Positions 39,216-46,920 of a stretch of 64,000 nucleotides of DNA are shown piece after piece. Location of the stretch: NCBI RefSeq assembly GCF_026004075.1, contig NZ_BPIK01000001.1, positions 658,041 through 722,040 of the forward strand, given 5' to 3'. The position numbers and the translations under genes were made by a program. The stretch comes from Meiothermus sp. GTDB lineage: Bacteria; Deinococcota; Deinococci; Deinococcales; Thermaceae. Position 1 is the first letter of the stretch. Each line of letters begins with the position of its first letter. The notes beneath the pieces are model-generated. The model did no database searches. It saw only the letters and a program-made list of their open reading frames with translations, and was not told where the DNA came from.

Positions 39216-42200
39216 GTGGCCCGGGCGCCCATGCTGCGCAATTTGTCATATCCGGCAATTCGGGAGTTAAAAGAGGAGCAGCCCGGCCTGGTTCTCCTGG
39301 CTGTGGCCTTATTGCTTACTGTGCTTTACCACGGCACTTTGCTTTTTAATCTGCAGTATTTTCGCACCTACGACGCTCTGATACACACCTTCTTTGGGGC
39401 GCACTATGCCCAAAGCTGGTTTGACCCCTGGGAGCCGCGCTGGTACACCGGCTTCTCGCTGGTCTCCTACCCTCCGCTTTCCCATTTTCTGATTGCTATA
39501 GCCTCCAAGGTAGTGGGGTTGAAACTGGCTTTCGCCCCGGTGCAGCTGTTTGCTCTGCTTCAGCTTGCTGTAGGCGTTTACCGCTTCTCGAGGCTATTTG
39601 TATCCCCTAAGGCGGCGGGCTTTGCGGCGCTGGCCCTGGTGCTCTCGAGCGCCATCGCTGAAACCGTGCACGTGTTTGGCCAGCTACCCACTACGCTCTC
39701 GCTGGGCTTTTTGCTCAACGCCATTCCCTGGGTGTGGGCCTACATTCGTACCGGGCGCTGGGGGTACTTGCTCAAGGCGGCGGTCTGGATAGGCTCAACT
39801 ACGGCGGCGCATCACGTCACTACCCTGTTTGGATCGGTGTTCTTTATCGGGCCGGTGGTGGCGATGCTGATTTTGGAGGGACTGCGCCAGCCTCGCCCAA
39901 ACGAGCCCGCGGGGACAGGTCCGTCGCAGCAGGTGCGGCGGCGGATGTACCGGGCCCTGCCCCGGCTATACCGAACGGGCGTTTTTGGCATGGTGGCCAT
40001 CGCGGCACTGGTGCTGGTGGTGCTGCCTTACTGGCTCTGGAGTCGCTCCGACCCCATTGCACAGGTGCCCATTCCCCACGGCAGCCGGGCCAATTTTTTG
40101 CAGCAGCCCAACATGGGGCTGATGTTCTGGCTCATCCCCTGGGCTAGCAGCCTGGTCTTCCTGCCCTACGCTTTCTACAAAAGCCTCTCCTACCTGTGGC
40201 CCCTTGGGGCCAGCCTGGGCTTGCTGTTGGTGTTGGGAACCGGTGGCACCACCCCCATCCCCAAGCTGCTTTTGCGGGGGGCTTTCGACATTCTGACCCT
40301 CGACCGCTTCACCTTCTGGGCCACCATCCTGGTATTGCCTTTTGTCGGAATGGCCCTGCAAAGCGCCCTCGAGGGCCGCCTGCGCCTGTGGCTCGAGGCC
40401 AACTTTGGTCGACGGGTGCGACTGCTGCTGCTGCTGGGGTTGGTGCTTTTCGTGGTGACTGCTTCCATCGGCATTTCGACGCTTACCCGCTACCGCAAGT
40501 TCCAGCCCGAGACCATCGAGATTGCCCCCATCCTGAGCTTTATCGAGAAGGACGAGCACTGGCGCTACCGCTACCTCACCCTGGGTTTTGGTGACCAGAT
40601 GGCCTGGCTTTCGGCCAACACCCGGGCCTCGACCCCGGACGGCAATTACCACTCAGCCCGCCGCCTGCCCGAGTTGACCACCACCCCGGTTGAGCGGCTG
40701 GAGGGTGCCAAGTACACCGGAGTTCCCGGAATCGGCAGCTTGCAGCAGTTTCTGACCTATCCTGAGCGCTATAACCTCAAGTTCATCTACTCCAACGATG
40801 CCTTTTACGACCCCCTGCTGCATTTTTACGGCTGGCATCGCCTGGGCCGTCTCGAGAACGGGATTGTGGTTTGGGAACGCGAAGACATCCCCCCTCTGCC
40901 CGAACGGTTGCCTCGACGCAAATTGCCAGTCTGGCAGCGCATGATGTGGGGTACGCTTCCCGTGGCTATGCCGCTGCTGGCTTACATGAGCTTGCTGCTC
41001 CCGCCGTTTCGCTCCCGGCGCTTGCCCTGGGTTCCGGCCCGTGTGCAACGTAGCCTGGCCGAAGACGCTCTACCGCCCGAGGCCCCGAGCCCCTGGCAGC
41101 CCTGGCTGCGCTTGCTGCACACCCTGGAAGGGCGTATAAGGGTTCAACGAAAGCCACTGGGCAGGCGGCTGCTGGCCTCGAGCCTGCTGGCTTTAGCGGT
41201 ACTGGGTCTGGGCTGGCTGGGCTGGCGGGCGCTCAACCCCCCCGACAGCCCGGAATGGGCGGTCATCCGCTACTGGGATCACCTCGACTTCAAACGCTTT
41301 GATAAGGCCTGGGAATGGATCGCGCCTATCGAGGGTCTGACCAAGGAGCGTTGGCAGCTCGACCTTAGCGTGCAAGGCGGCCTGCGCAGCGGTTACGCCA
41401 AGCTCGAGCACATCCGCCCGATGCGGGTGATTCGGCAGGATGGGCGGGCGCTAGTGCAGGTGGAGCTGACCTGGCTGACCGCGCTCCGAACCGTGCAGGA
41501 GACCCACGAACACCTGCTGGTGCACACCCCTGAAGGCTGGCGGATCGAGCAACGCCCACTGCTCAAAACCCGCCCCCCCGAGCGCTTTGCCAGCCAGCCG
41601 GGGGTGGAGTATTTCCGGGCCCAGCGGCGGCTCAGCACCGACATTACGGCTGCCGGCGATGTGCTGGATCGCCCTCTGCTGCGGCTGCGCTCGGCCCGGC
41701 TGGTGCGCTACTGGCCCGAGGATGCCCCCGAGCCCCGCCTGGCCATTGTGGGTGAGGTGGAAAACCTCGACGCCCGACCCGCCGACCTGACCATCAGCGG
41801 CTTTTTGCGTGGACGGGATGGCCTCGAGGTGAGCCGTAACAATGCTCGAGACCTGGTTTTGCACAAACTCCTGCCCGGCGAGCGTACCCCTTTCCGAATC
41901 GACTTCGACGGCGTAACCGCCCCACCTGACCCCGAAGCCATCGGAGATTTCGAGGTGGCTTTGAAGGCGGTGGTTACCTCGCGCGAACTGCGGCGTGACC
42001 TGGCCATCTGGAGTCGCCGCGAGGGCGAGGTGCTGCGGTTGCGGGTAGATAACTTGGGGGTGCGGGAGGCCACCGTGCCCCAGGTTTTGCTCTCGCTGTA
42101 CGACCGCAAGGGCCTGGCCTGGGTGGAGCGCGAGTACCTGCTGGAGTCGATTCCCCCGCGTGAGCGGCGCGAGGCGCGCATGCGGGCTGGACTACCCAAG

Positions 42201-42356
42201 GGCTATACGCTGCTCATGGAGCTGCGAAGGGTAAACGAAAGCCCCAACCTGCTCGAGCGCCTCGCTCCGGGCGTGCCCGCCGACACCCGGCCCCTGACGT
42301 CGGCTGGCCTGCGGGCCTACCGCCTGCAAGCCCAGGCTTTTTATCGGGAGGATTGA
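39216..42356 (+). CDS. 1046-aa polytopic membrane protein, GT-C-like (COG5617 / PTPS-related family by eye) with a large extracytoplasmic C-terminal region
   Basis: The N-terminal half is a succession of hydrophobic helices. The first loop is YFRTYDALIHTFFGAHYAQSWFDPWEPRWYTGFSLVSYPPLSHF. A further hydrophobic segment lies near 41165-41225, followed by a soluble region of about 390 aa. The start is GTG 39216 or ATG 39231. Confidence 0.8.
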   Translation: MARAPMLRNLSYPAIRELKEEQPGLVLLAVALLLTVLYHGTLLFNLQYFRTYDALIHTFFGAHYAQSWFDPWEPRWYTGFSLVSYPPLSHFLIAIASKVVGLKLAFAPVQLFALLQLAVGVYRFSRLFVSPKAAGFAALALVLSSAIAETVHVFGQLPTTLSLGFLLNAIPWVWAYIRTGRWGYLLKAAVWIGSTTAAHHVTTLFGSVFFIGPVVAMLILEGLRQPRPNEPAGTGPSQQVRRRMYRALPRLYRTGVFGMVAIAALVLVVLPYWLWSRSDPIAQVPIPHGSRANFLQQPNMGLMFWLIPWASSLVFLPYAFYKSLSYLWPLGASLGLLLVLGTGGTTPIPKLLLRGAFDILTLDRFTFWATILVLPFVGMALQSALEGRLRLWLEANFGRRVRLLLLLGLVLFVVTASIGISTLTRYRKFQPETIEIAPILSFIEKDEHWRYRYLTLGFGDQMAWLSANTRASTPDGNYHSARRLPELTTTPVERLEGAKYTGVPGIGSLQQFLTYPERYNLKFIYSNDAFYDPLLHFYGWHRLGRLENGIVVWEREDIPPLPERLPRRKLPVWQRMMWGTLPVAMPLLAYMSLLLPPFRSRRLPWVPARVQRSLAEDALPPEAPSPWQPWLRLLHTLEGRIRVQRKPLGRRLLASSLLALAVLGLGWLGWRALNPPDSPEWAVIRYWDHLDFKRFDKAWEWIAPIEGLTKERWQLDLSVQGGLRSGYAKLEHIRPMRVIRQDGRALVQVELTWLTALRTVQETHEHLLVHTPEGWRIEQRPLLKTRPPERFASQPGVEYFRAQRRLSTDITAAGDVLDRPLLRLRSARLVRYWPEDAPEPRLAIVGEVENLDARPADLTISGFLRGRDGLEVSRNNARDLVLHKLLPGERTPFRIDFDGVTAPPDPEAIGDFEVALKAVVTSRELRRDLAIWSRREGEVLRLRVDNLGVREATVPQVLLSLYDRKGLAWVEREYLLESIPPRERREARMRAGLPKGYTLLMELRRVNESPNLLERLAPGVPADTRPLTSAGLRAYRLQAQAFYRED

Positions 42357-42360
42357 ACCG

Positions 42361-43536
42361 GTGCCGCGAAAGATTCTCCTAGCCCTGCTATTGACCGTGG
42401 TGCTGGCCCTGGAGATTGGGGTGTTCTGGCTGCAGAGCCGCACCCCTGCTACATCGTCCCCACGGCCTGCTGCCTTGCAAGCAATCCGGGCGGAGGTGTC
42501 TACAGGGGGGGTGCGCTTCCAGGGCGAAGGGTGGTTCCGCGTAAGCCTTTTCACCCCGGCGGGGCCGCTGGTGGAGGAGGGGGAAGGGGAGGTTTTTATC
42601 CCCTACCGCCGGGCAGGGCTGATTCCTTACCGCCTCGAGGCCGGCAGTGCCAGCCTCGAGGGAACCCTGCGGCGGCGGCCTGGCCCAGCCACTACCCCCC
42701 TGCGGCCCAAGGTAGGGGCGCGGGCGGTTCGGATCGACACCCCCCGCCAGCCCTCGCTGGTGCTGCACCCCCTCGACGCACAGCTCAATGTGGCCGAGGA
42801 GCCGGTGCGTATGAAGGTGTTCTATCCCGATGGGAGTCAGCGGGAGTGGGTGCTACCGGTGGTTCACCAACTGGCCTGGAGCTATTTCCCGCCAGGAAGC
42901 CGCAAAGGAATCCTAAAGGTAGTGGTTCAGAGTGGAGCCGCCCGGGGTGAGCGGGCCGAGGTGGATGTGCTGCCTGGGCGCATTCGCTCTGGCGCGCTTG
43001 TGCTGCTACAGCCAGAGGCGGCTACTTCCGGACGCGACCGCTGGGTGCTCGAGGTACAGGGGCTGCGCGACGAAAAGGGCAATCTTGCCTCCGACGGGCT
43101 GGCTGTCAGTCTGATTGGCGGTGCTCTGGAGAACCTCTTTCTGACCCGCTCGGCGCCCCAGAGCCGTCTGCCCTTGTCGCTGCCGCTGCCCGACCGGGTG
43201 GGAAGCTACCCCTTGAGGGCCTGGAGCGAGGGCTGGGTCAGCAACGAGGCCACGCTACGGGCGCGCCCGGCGGTGCAAGTCGCGCACCTGCCGCTTTACT
43301 GGAGCGGAAACCAGTTGCACATTGGCCCGGTGGTGGACGATCTAGGGGCCCTTCCCGACGATGGAACCCCGATGCGGCTGCGCGTGGTGGATCCGGCCGG
43401 GCGGCTTTTGCTGGAAGAGCGTATCCTGCTGGCCAGCGGGCAGGCCCTCTGGACGCCCCCACCTTTGACCCGGCCTTTCTGGCTCGAGGTTGAGCTTGCA
43501 GGCCAGCGCGCACGCCTGGAGGTGCCCCGCCCATGA
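42361..43536 (+). CDS. Membrane-anchored/secreted hypothetical protein (391 aa), beta-rich Ig-like repeats by eye
   Basis: GTG start after GGGAGGA. The N-terminal anchor is MPRKILLALLLTVVLALEIGVFWL. No family recognised. Confidence 0.6.
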   Translation: MPRKILLALLLTVVLALEIGVFWLQSRTPATSSPRPAALQAIRAEVSTGGVRFQGEGWFRVSLFTPAGPLVEEGEGEVFIPYRRAGLIPYRLEAGSASLEGTLRRRPGPATTPLRPKVGARAVRIDTPRQPSLVLHPLDAQLNVAEEPVRMKVFYPDGSQREWVLPVVHQLAWSYFPPGSRKGILKVVVQSGAARGERAEVDVLPGRIRSGALVLLQPEAATSGRDRWVLEVQGLRDEKGNLASDGLAVSLIGGALENLFLTRSAPQSRLPLSLPLPDRVGSYPLRAWSEGWVSNEATLRARPAVQVAHLPLYWSGNQLHIGPVVDDLGALPDDGTPMRLRVVDPAGRLLLEERILLASGQALWTPPPLTRPFWLEVELAGQRARLEVPRP

Positions 43537-45092
43537 GCGAGCTTCGGCTCAAGCTGCTGGTCTGGGCAGGGCTGCTGCTGTTAGGTAGCCTGCTGGCCTT
43601 GCTGGGCCTGAGGGGGCTGGGTGAGCTTTTTCGCGTGGCTCAGCAAGCCAACACCGTTGAGCAGGCTCTCAACCTCATCGAGCCCCGCCGGGCCGCTCCG
43701 GGACGTCTGGAGTGGCTGCCCGACGACCCCACCCCGCGCCCGCTCGAGCCTTTTCGCCGCGACGAAATTACCAGCGACTACCTGCTGGCCCACGAGGAAC
43801 TTAGCCACGCCCACTTTACCGGTGAGACCATCGGGCTGCGCTCGTACTTCCAGTCGGGTGCGCTGGAAGATGCGCTACTGATGGGGCAGGGGCCGCGGGG
43901 GACGATGGTGGACTGGAAGCACCGCCTGAGGCTTCATTTCTACGCTCCAGACGGAGCAACGGTAGCCTTTAGCGATACCTACTGGTATGTGCTGGCCTCG
44001 GGGCAATTTTCCACCCGGCTGGCCGAACGCACCCTCGAGGTGGTGATGCAACTCGACGATGGCAACTGGCGCATTCACCACTGGCGGCTGCTGGCGGAGC
44101 GGCCCCTGTCGGTGCGCCTTCTGCCTGTAACGACTGCCGGGGTACGGGGGGTCAACTACCAGCCCCGCAGCCACCCTTTCGACCTTTTTGGGCCGGGCTA
44201 CGAACCCCGCGAGGTGATTAGCGACATGCGCATTAGCCGCATGCTGGGCCTTTCGACCCTGCGGGTTTTCGTGCCCTACCCACCTTCCCCGGGCTATCGC
44301 CAGCGACTGGAAGACTTCCTGAACCTGGCCCAGGCTCAGCAGATGAAGGTAATTGTTACGCTGCTGGACAGCTACACCCACTATCGCTTCGAAGACTTCC
44401 CCAACGTATTTGCCCACCTCGAGGAACTCGCCCCCCTGCTGCGACACCCTGCGGTCTGGTTGATAGACATCAAGAATGAGCCCGACCGTGACTACGCTCG
44501 AGCCGGCGAGCGTCTGGTGGTGGAGTTTTTGCGGGCCTGGTCGCGGGCCGTGCGCTACTACAGCTCGAAGCCCATAACCGTGGGGTTCATTGAGCCTCAC
44601 CCAGACCTGGTGCCCGAGATAGAGGTACTCAGTTTTCACCACTACGGGACTCCGGCAGAACTCCTTCGGCGTATCGAGGGGCTTGCCAAGTACCAAAAGC
44701 CGCTCTTGCTGGAGGAGTTTGGCTTCCACACCCAGCGCAACAAACTGCCTGATCCCCACACCGAACTCGAGCAGGCCCACTACTACGAGCGGGTTTTACA
44801 GATTGCCCGCCGCCATAACCTGGGCTGGTTGGCCTGGACGCTCTACGACTTCGATCGGGGCACAATGCCAGGGGGGCGGGCTGTAGAGAAACACCTGGGC
44901 CTGCTACGTGCCGACAGCACCCCGAAGCCCGTGGTGCAGGTACTAGCCGGCCAGCCCGCACCGCCGCTGGGCTGGGCCGAGCGGCTGGGCAAATGGCTGG
45001 TGTTCTGGCCCGGTCTATTGCTGGGAGGAGCTATGCTGGGATTGGGCATATGGCTGGCGCGGCGCGTGCGGTTTATTCGGAAGGCGCTTTAA
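43533..45092 (+). CDS. Clan GH-A (GH5-like) glycoside hydrolase with N- and C-terminal hydrophobic anchors
   Basis: Contains LIDIKNEPD (acid/base NEP), PLLLEEFGF (nucleophile Glu) and WLAWTLYDF. N-terminal anchor is LLVWAGLLLLGSLLALLGL; C-terminal anchor is WPGLLLGGAMLGLGIWL. Confidence 0.78.
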   Translation: MSELRLKLLVWAGLLLLGSLLALLGLRGLGELFRVAQQANTVEQALNLIEPRRAAPGRLEWLPDDPTPRPLEPFRRDEITSDYLLAHEELSHAHFTGETIGLRSYFQSGALEDALLMGQGPRGTMVDWKHRLRLHFYAPDGATVAFSDTYWYVLASGQFSTRLAERTLEVVMQLDDGNWRIHHWRLLAERPLSVRLLPVTTAGVRGVNYQPRSHPFDLFGPGYEPREVISDMRISRMLGLSTLRVFVPYPPSPGYRQRLEDFLNLAQAQQMKVIVTLLDSYTHYRFEDFPNVFAHLEELAPLLRHPAVWLIDIKNEPDRDYARAGERLVVEFLRAWSRAVRYYSSKPITVGFIEPHPDLVPEIEVLSFHHYGTPAELLRRIEGLAKYQKPLLLEEFGFHTQRNKLPDPHTELEQAHYYERVLQIARRHNLGWLAWTLYDFDRGTMPGGRAVEKHLGLLRADSTPKPVVQVLAGQPAPPLGWAERLGKWLVFWPGLLLGGAMLGLGIWLARRVRFIRKAL

Positions 45093-45744
45093 GTCGATAA
45101 CCTCGAGCAAATACGGTTTCGATATAGCTGGGATTCTTGGGGTTATCGCCCAGTTTTTTACGCAGGCGCTTGACGTAGTGATCCACAATCCGTTCATCGA
45201 CCTGGGGATCGCTACCCCAGACCTGAGCAAAAAGGCTTTGGCGGGATAGGGGCAGTCCGGGTTGTCGGGCCAGCGCCAGCAACAAAGCAAACTCAGTAGG
45301 GGTCAGCGGGAGTACAGTTCCACGCAGGCGGGCTTCCTGGGTGGCGGGCTCCAGCTCCAGCTCCCCTGCTTTTACCACGCCGTATCGGCGAGTGCGGCGT
45401 AATAAGGCCTCGATGCGAGCCAGAAACTCGGCACTGCGCAAGGGCTTGCCCAGGTAGTCGTCGGCCCCTTGGCGTAGGCCCTGTACGCGCTCGGCCTCGC
45501 CGTCGTGAGCGGTGAGCATAAGCACCGGCAGGTCGGGGCGTTCTTCGCGGATGTGACGCAGTAACTCCAGACCATTCATGCGTGGCATGTTCCAATCCAG
45601 CACAATCAGGTCGGCCTTATCCAGCAAATCCAGGGCCTCGAGCCCATGTGTGGCCTCGAGCACAACATAGCCTGCGCGCTCGAGCAGGGCCCGCAGTGTT
45701 CGGCGTACCACAGCTTCGTCGTCTACAACGAGGATATTAATCAT
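45073..45744 (-). CDS. OmpR/PhoB-family response regulator
   Basis: Start at the ATG at 45744 (MINILVVDDEAVVRR). Contains LIVLDWNMPRMNG, YLGKPL and the winged-helix tail IETVFARGYRL. Confidence 0.9.
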   Translation of the reverse strand: MINILVVDDEAVVRRTLRALLERAGYVVLEATHGLEALDLLDKADLIVLDWNMPRMNGLELLRHIREERPDLPVLMLTAHDGEAERVQGLRQGADDYLGKPLRSAEFLARIEALLRRTRRYGVVKAGELELEPATQEARLRGTVLPLTPTEFALLLALARQPGLPLSRQSLFAQVWGSDPQVDERIVDHYVKRLRKKLGDNPKNPSYIETVFARGYRLKAPSE

Positions 45745-45790
45745 CCAACTCGGTCTATAGCCTACCTTAAACCGCTTTGATACTTTCGAT

Positions 45791-46870
45791 TTACGCCACA
45801 AAAATACCATTGACATGCATAGCCAGCAGCAAACCCAGCAGTAGAGGGAACACAAAACGAATGAGATTATCCAGCCAGGGGCGCTCGGCAGCCTCCCCCA
45901 ATACCATGAAAGCAGGGAAGACCATCAGTACATAGCGGCTGAGACTCCCGGTTCCGCTGCTAAATGGAATAAGCAGGCTCAGGAGGCCGAAGAGGGCATA
46001 GCTCAATCCCCAGCGACGGGCGGCTATGAGCGACCCGGTGATCCCAAATGCCAGGGCCAGTAGATCCAGCAAAACGTTCCAGGAAATTGGGCCCGTCAGA
46101 AAGTTTTGCTCAAATAGGGGCCGGATTTCCCCAATAAACCCTCCGATTTCGCGGCTGAAGCTGCCCTGGACACTCCAAAAAGCCAGCGGGTCGTCAAACT
46201 GGATAGCCAGAAAAGCCATATAACTTAACAGTCCCAAACCGCCCAACCCAGCCAGGGCGAGACCCAAGAGCCACTGCCACTTGCCTCGCACCCCAGAAGC
46301 CCGCAGATACTCCAGCAATAACACCCCAGCCAGCAAAATCCCCGTTACCCTGGTGGCCGAAGCCAGTGCAGCGCCGAGTGCAGCCCATTTCCACCTGCGC
46401 TGGTGTAAGGCATAAAAAGCCAGCAATACCCACAGCAGCGACAGACTTTCGGTGTACACCGCACTGAAGTAGAAGCTCGTTGGAAAGATAGCCAGGTATA
46501 AAACGGCACGTCGAGCAGAAGCCTGATCGTTTAGAAGCTGGAGACACAGCTTCCAGAACGCCATTAAAGCCAGGGCAAAGCTTAGGTGGCTGAGGAGCAC
46601 CCCGGCCAGTACCGGATTGCCCACCAGCCCACTTACGCCCTTGAGCAAAAGTGGGTAAAGGGGAAAGAAGGCTACAGCCGAGGGTTCATCGGGGTAGAGG
46701 TAGTACCCCTCGGTTGCGATGTGCAGGTAAAAGCCGCTATCCCAACGGGCCCAGACATCGAGCCAAAGATTGGTCGGCTCGATGCGTCCTGCCATCTCAG
46801 GTGGCCCCGGCAGGGTGATATCGGCAAGGAAAGCAGCCCCCAGCAGGGTGATTCGAGTTAGAAAAAACAC
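45791..46870 (-). CDS. PIG-V-like mannosyltransferase family membrane protein (GT-C)
   Basis: Contains WARWDSGFYLHIATEGY followed by many TM helices. I place the start at the GTG at 46870. The track ORF extends to 47530, but that part overlaps the upstream gene out of frame. No good SD, so the start is uncertain (alternative ATG 46795). Confidence 0.72.
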   Translation of the reverse strand: MFFLTRITLLGAAFLADITLPGPPEMAGRIEPTNLWLDVWARWDSGFYLHIATEGYYLYPDEPSAVAFFPLYPLLLKGVSGLVGNPVLAGVLLSHLSFALALMAFWKLCLQLLNDQASARRAVLYLAIFPTSFYFSAVYTESLSLLWVLLAFYALHQRRWKWAALGAALASATRVTGILLAGVLLLEYLRASGVRGKWQWLLGLALAGLGGLGLLSYMAFLAIQFDDPLAFWSVQGSFSREIGGFIGEIRPLFEQNFLTGPISWNVLLDLLALAFGITGSLIAARRWGLSYALFGLLSLLIPFSSGTGSLSRYVLMVFPAFMVLGEAAERPWLDNLIRFVFPLLLGLLLAMHVNGIFVA

Positions 46871-46920
46871 CTGCAGCGGCCAGGCCCATACGTCCCAGAA
46901 ATGCCGAAGCGCTGTAAACC

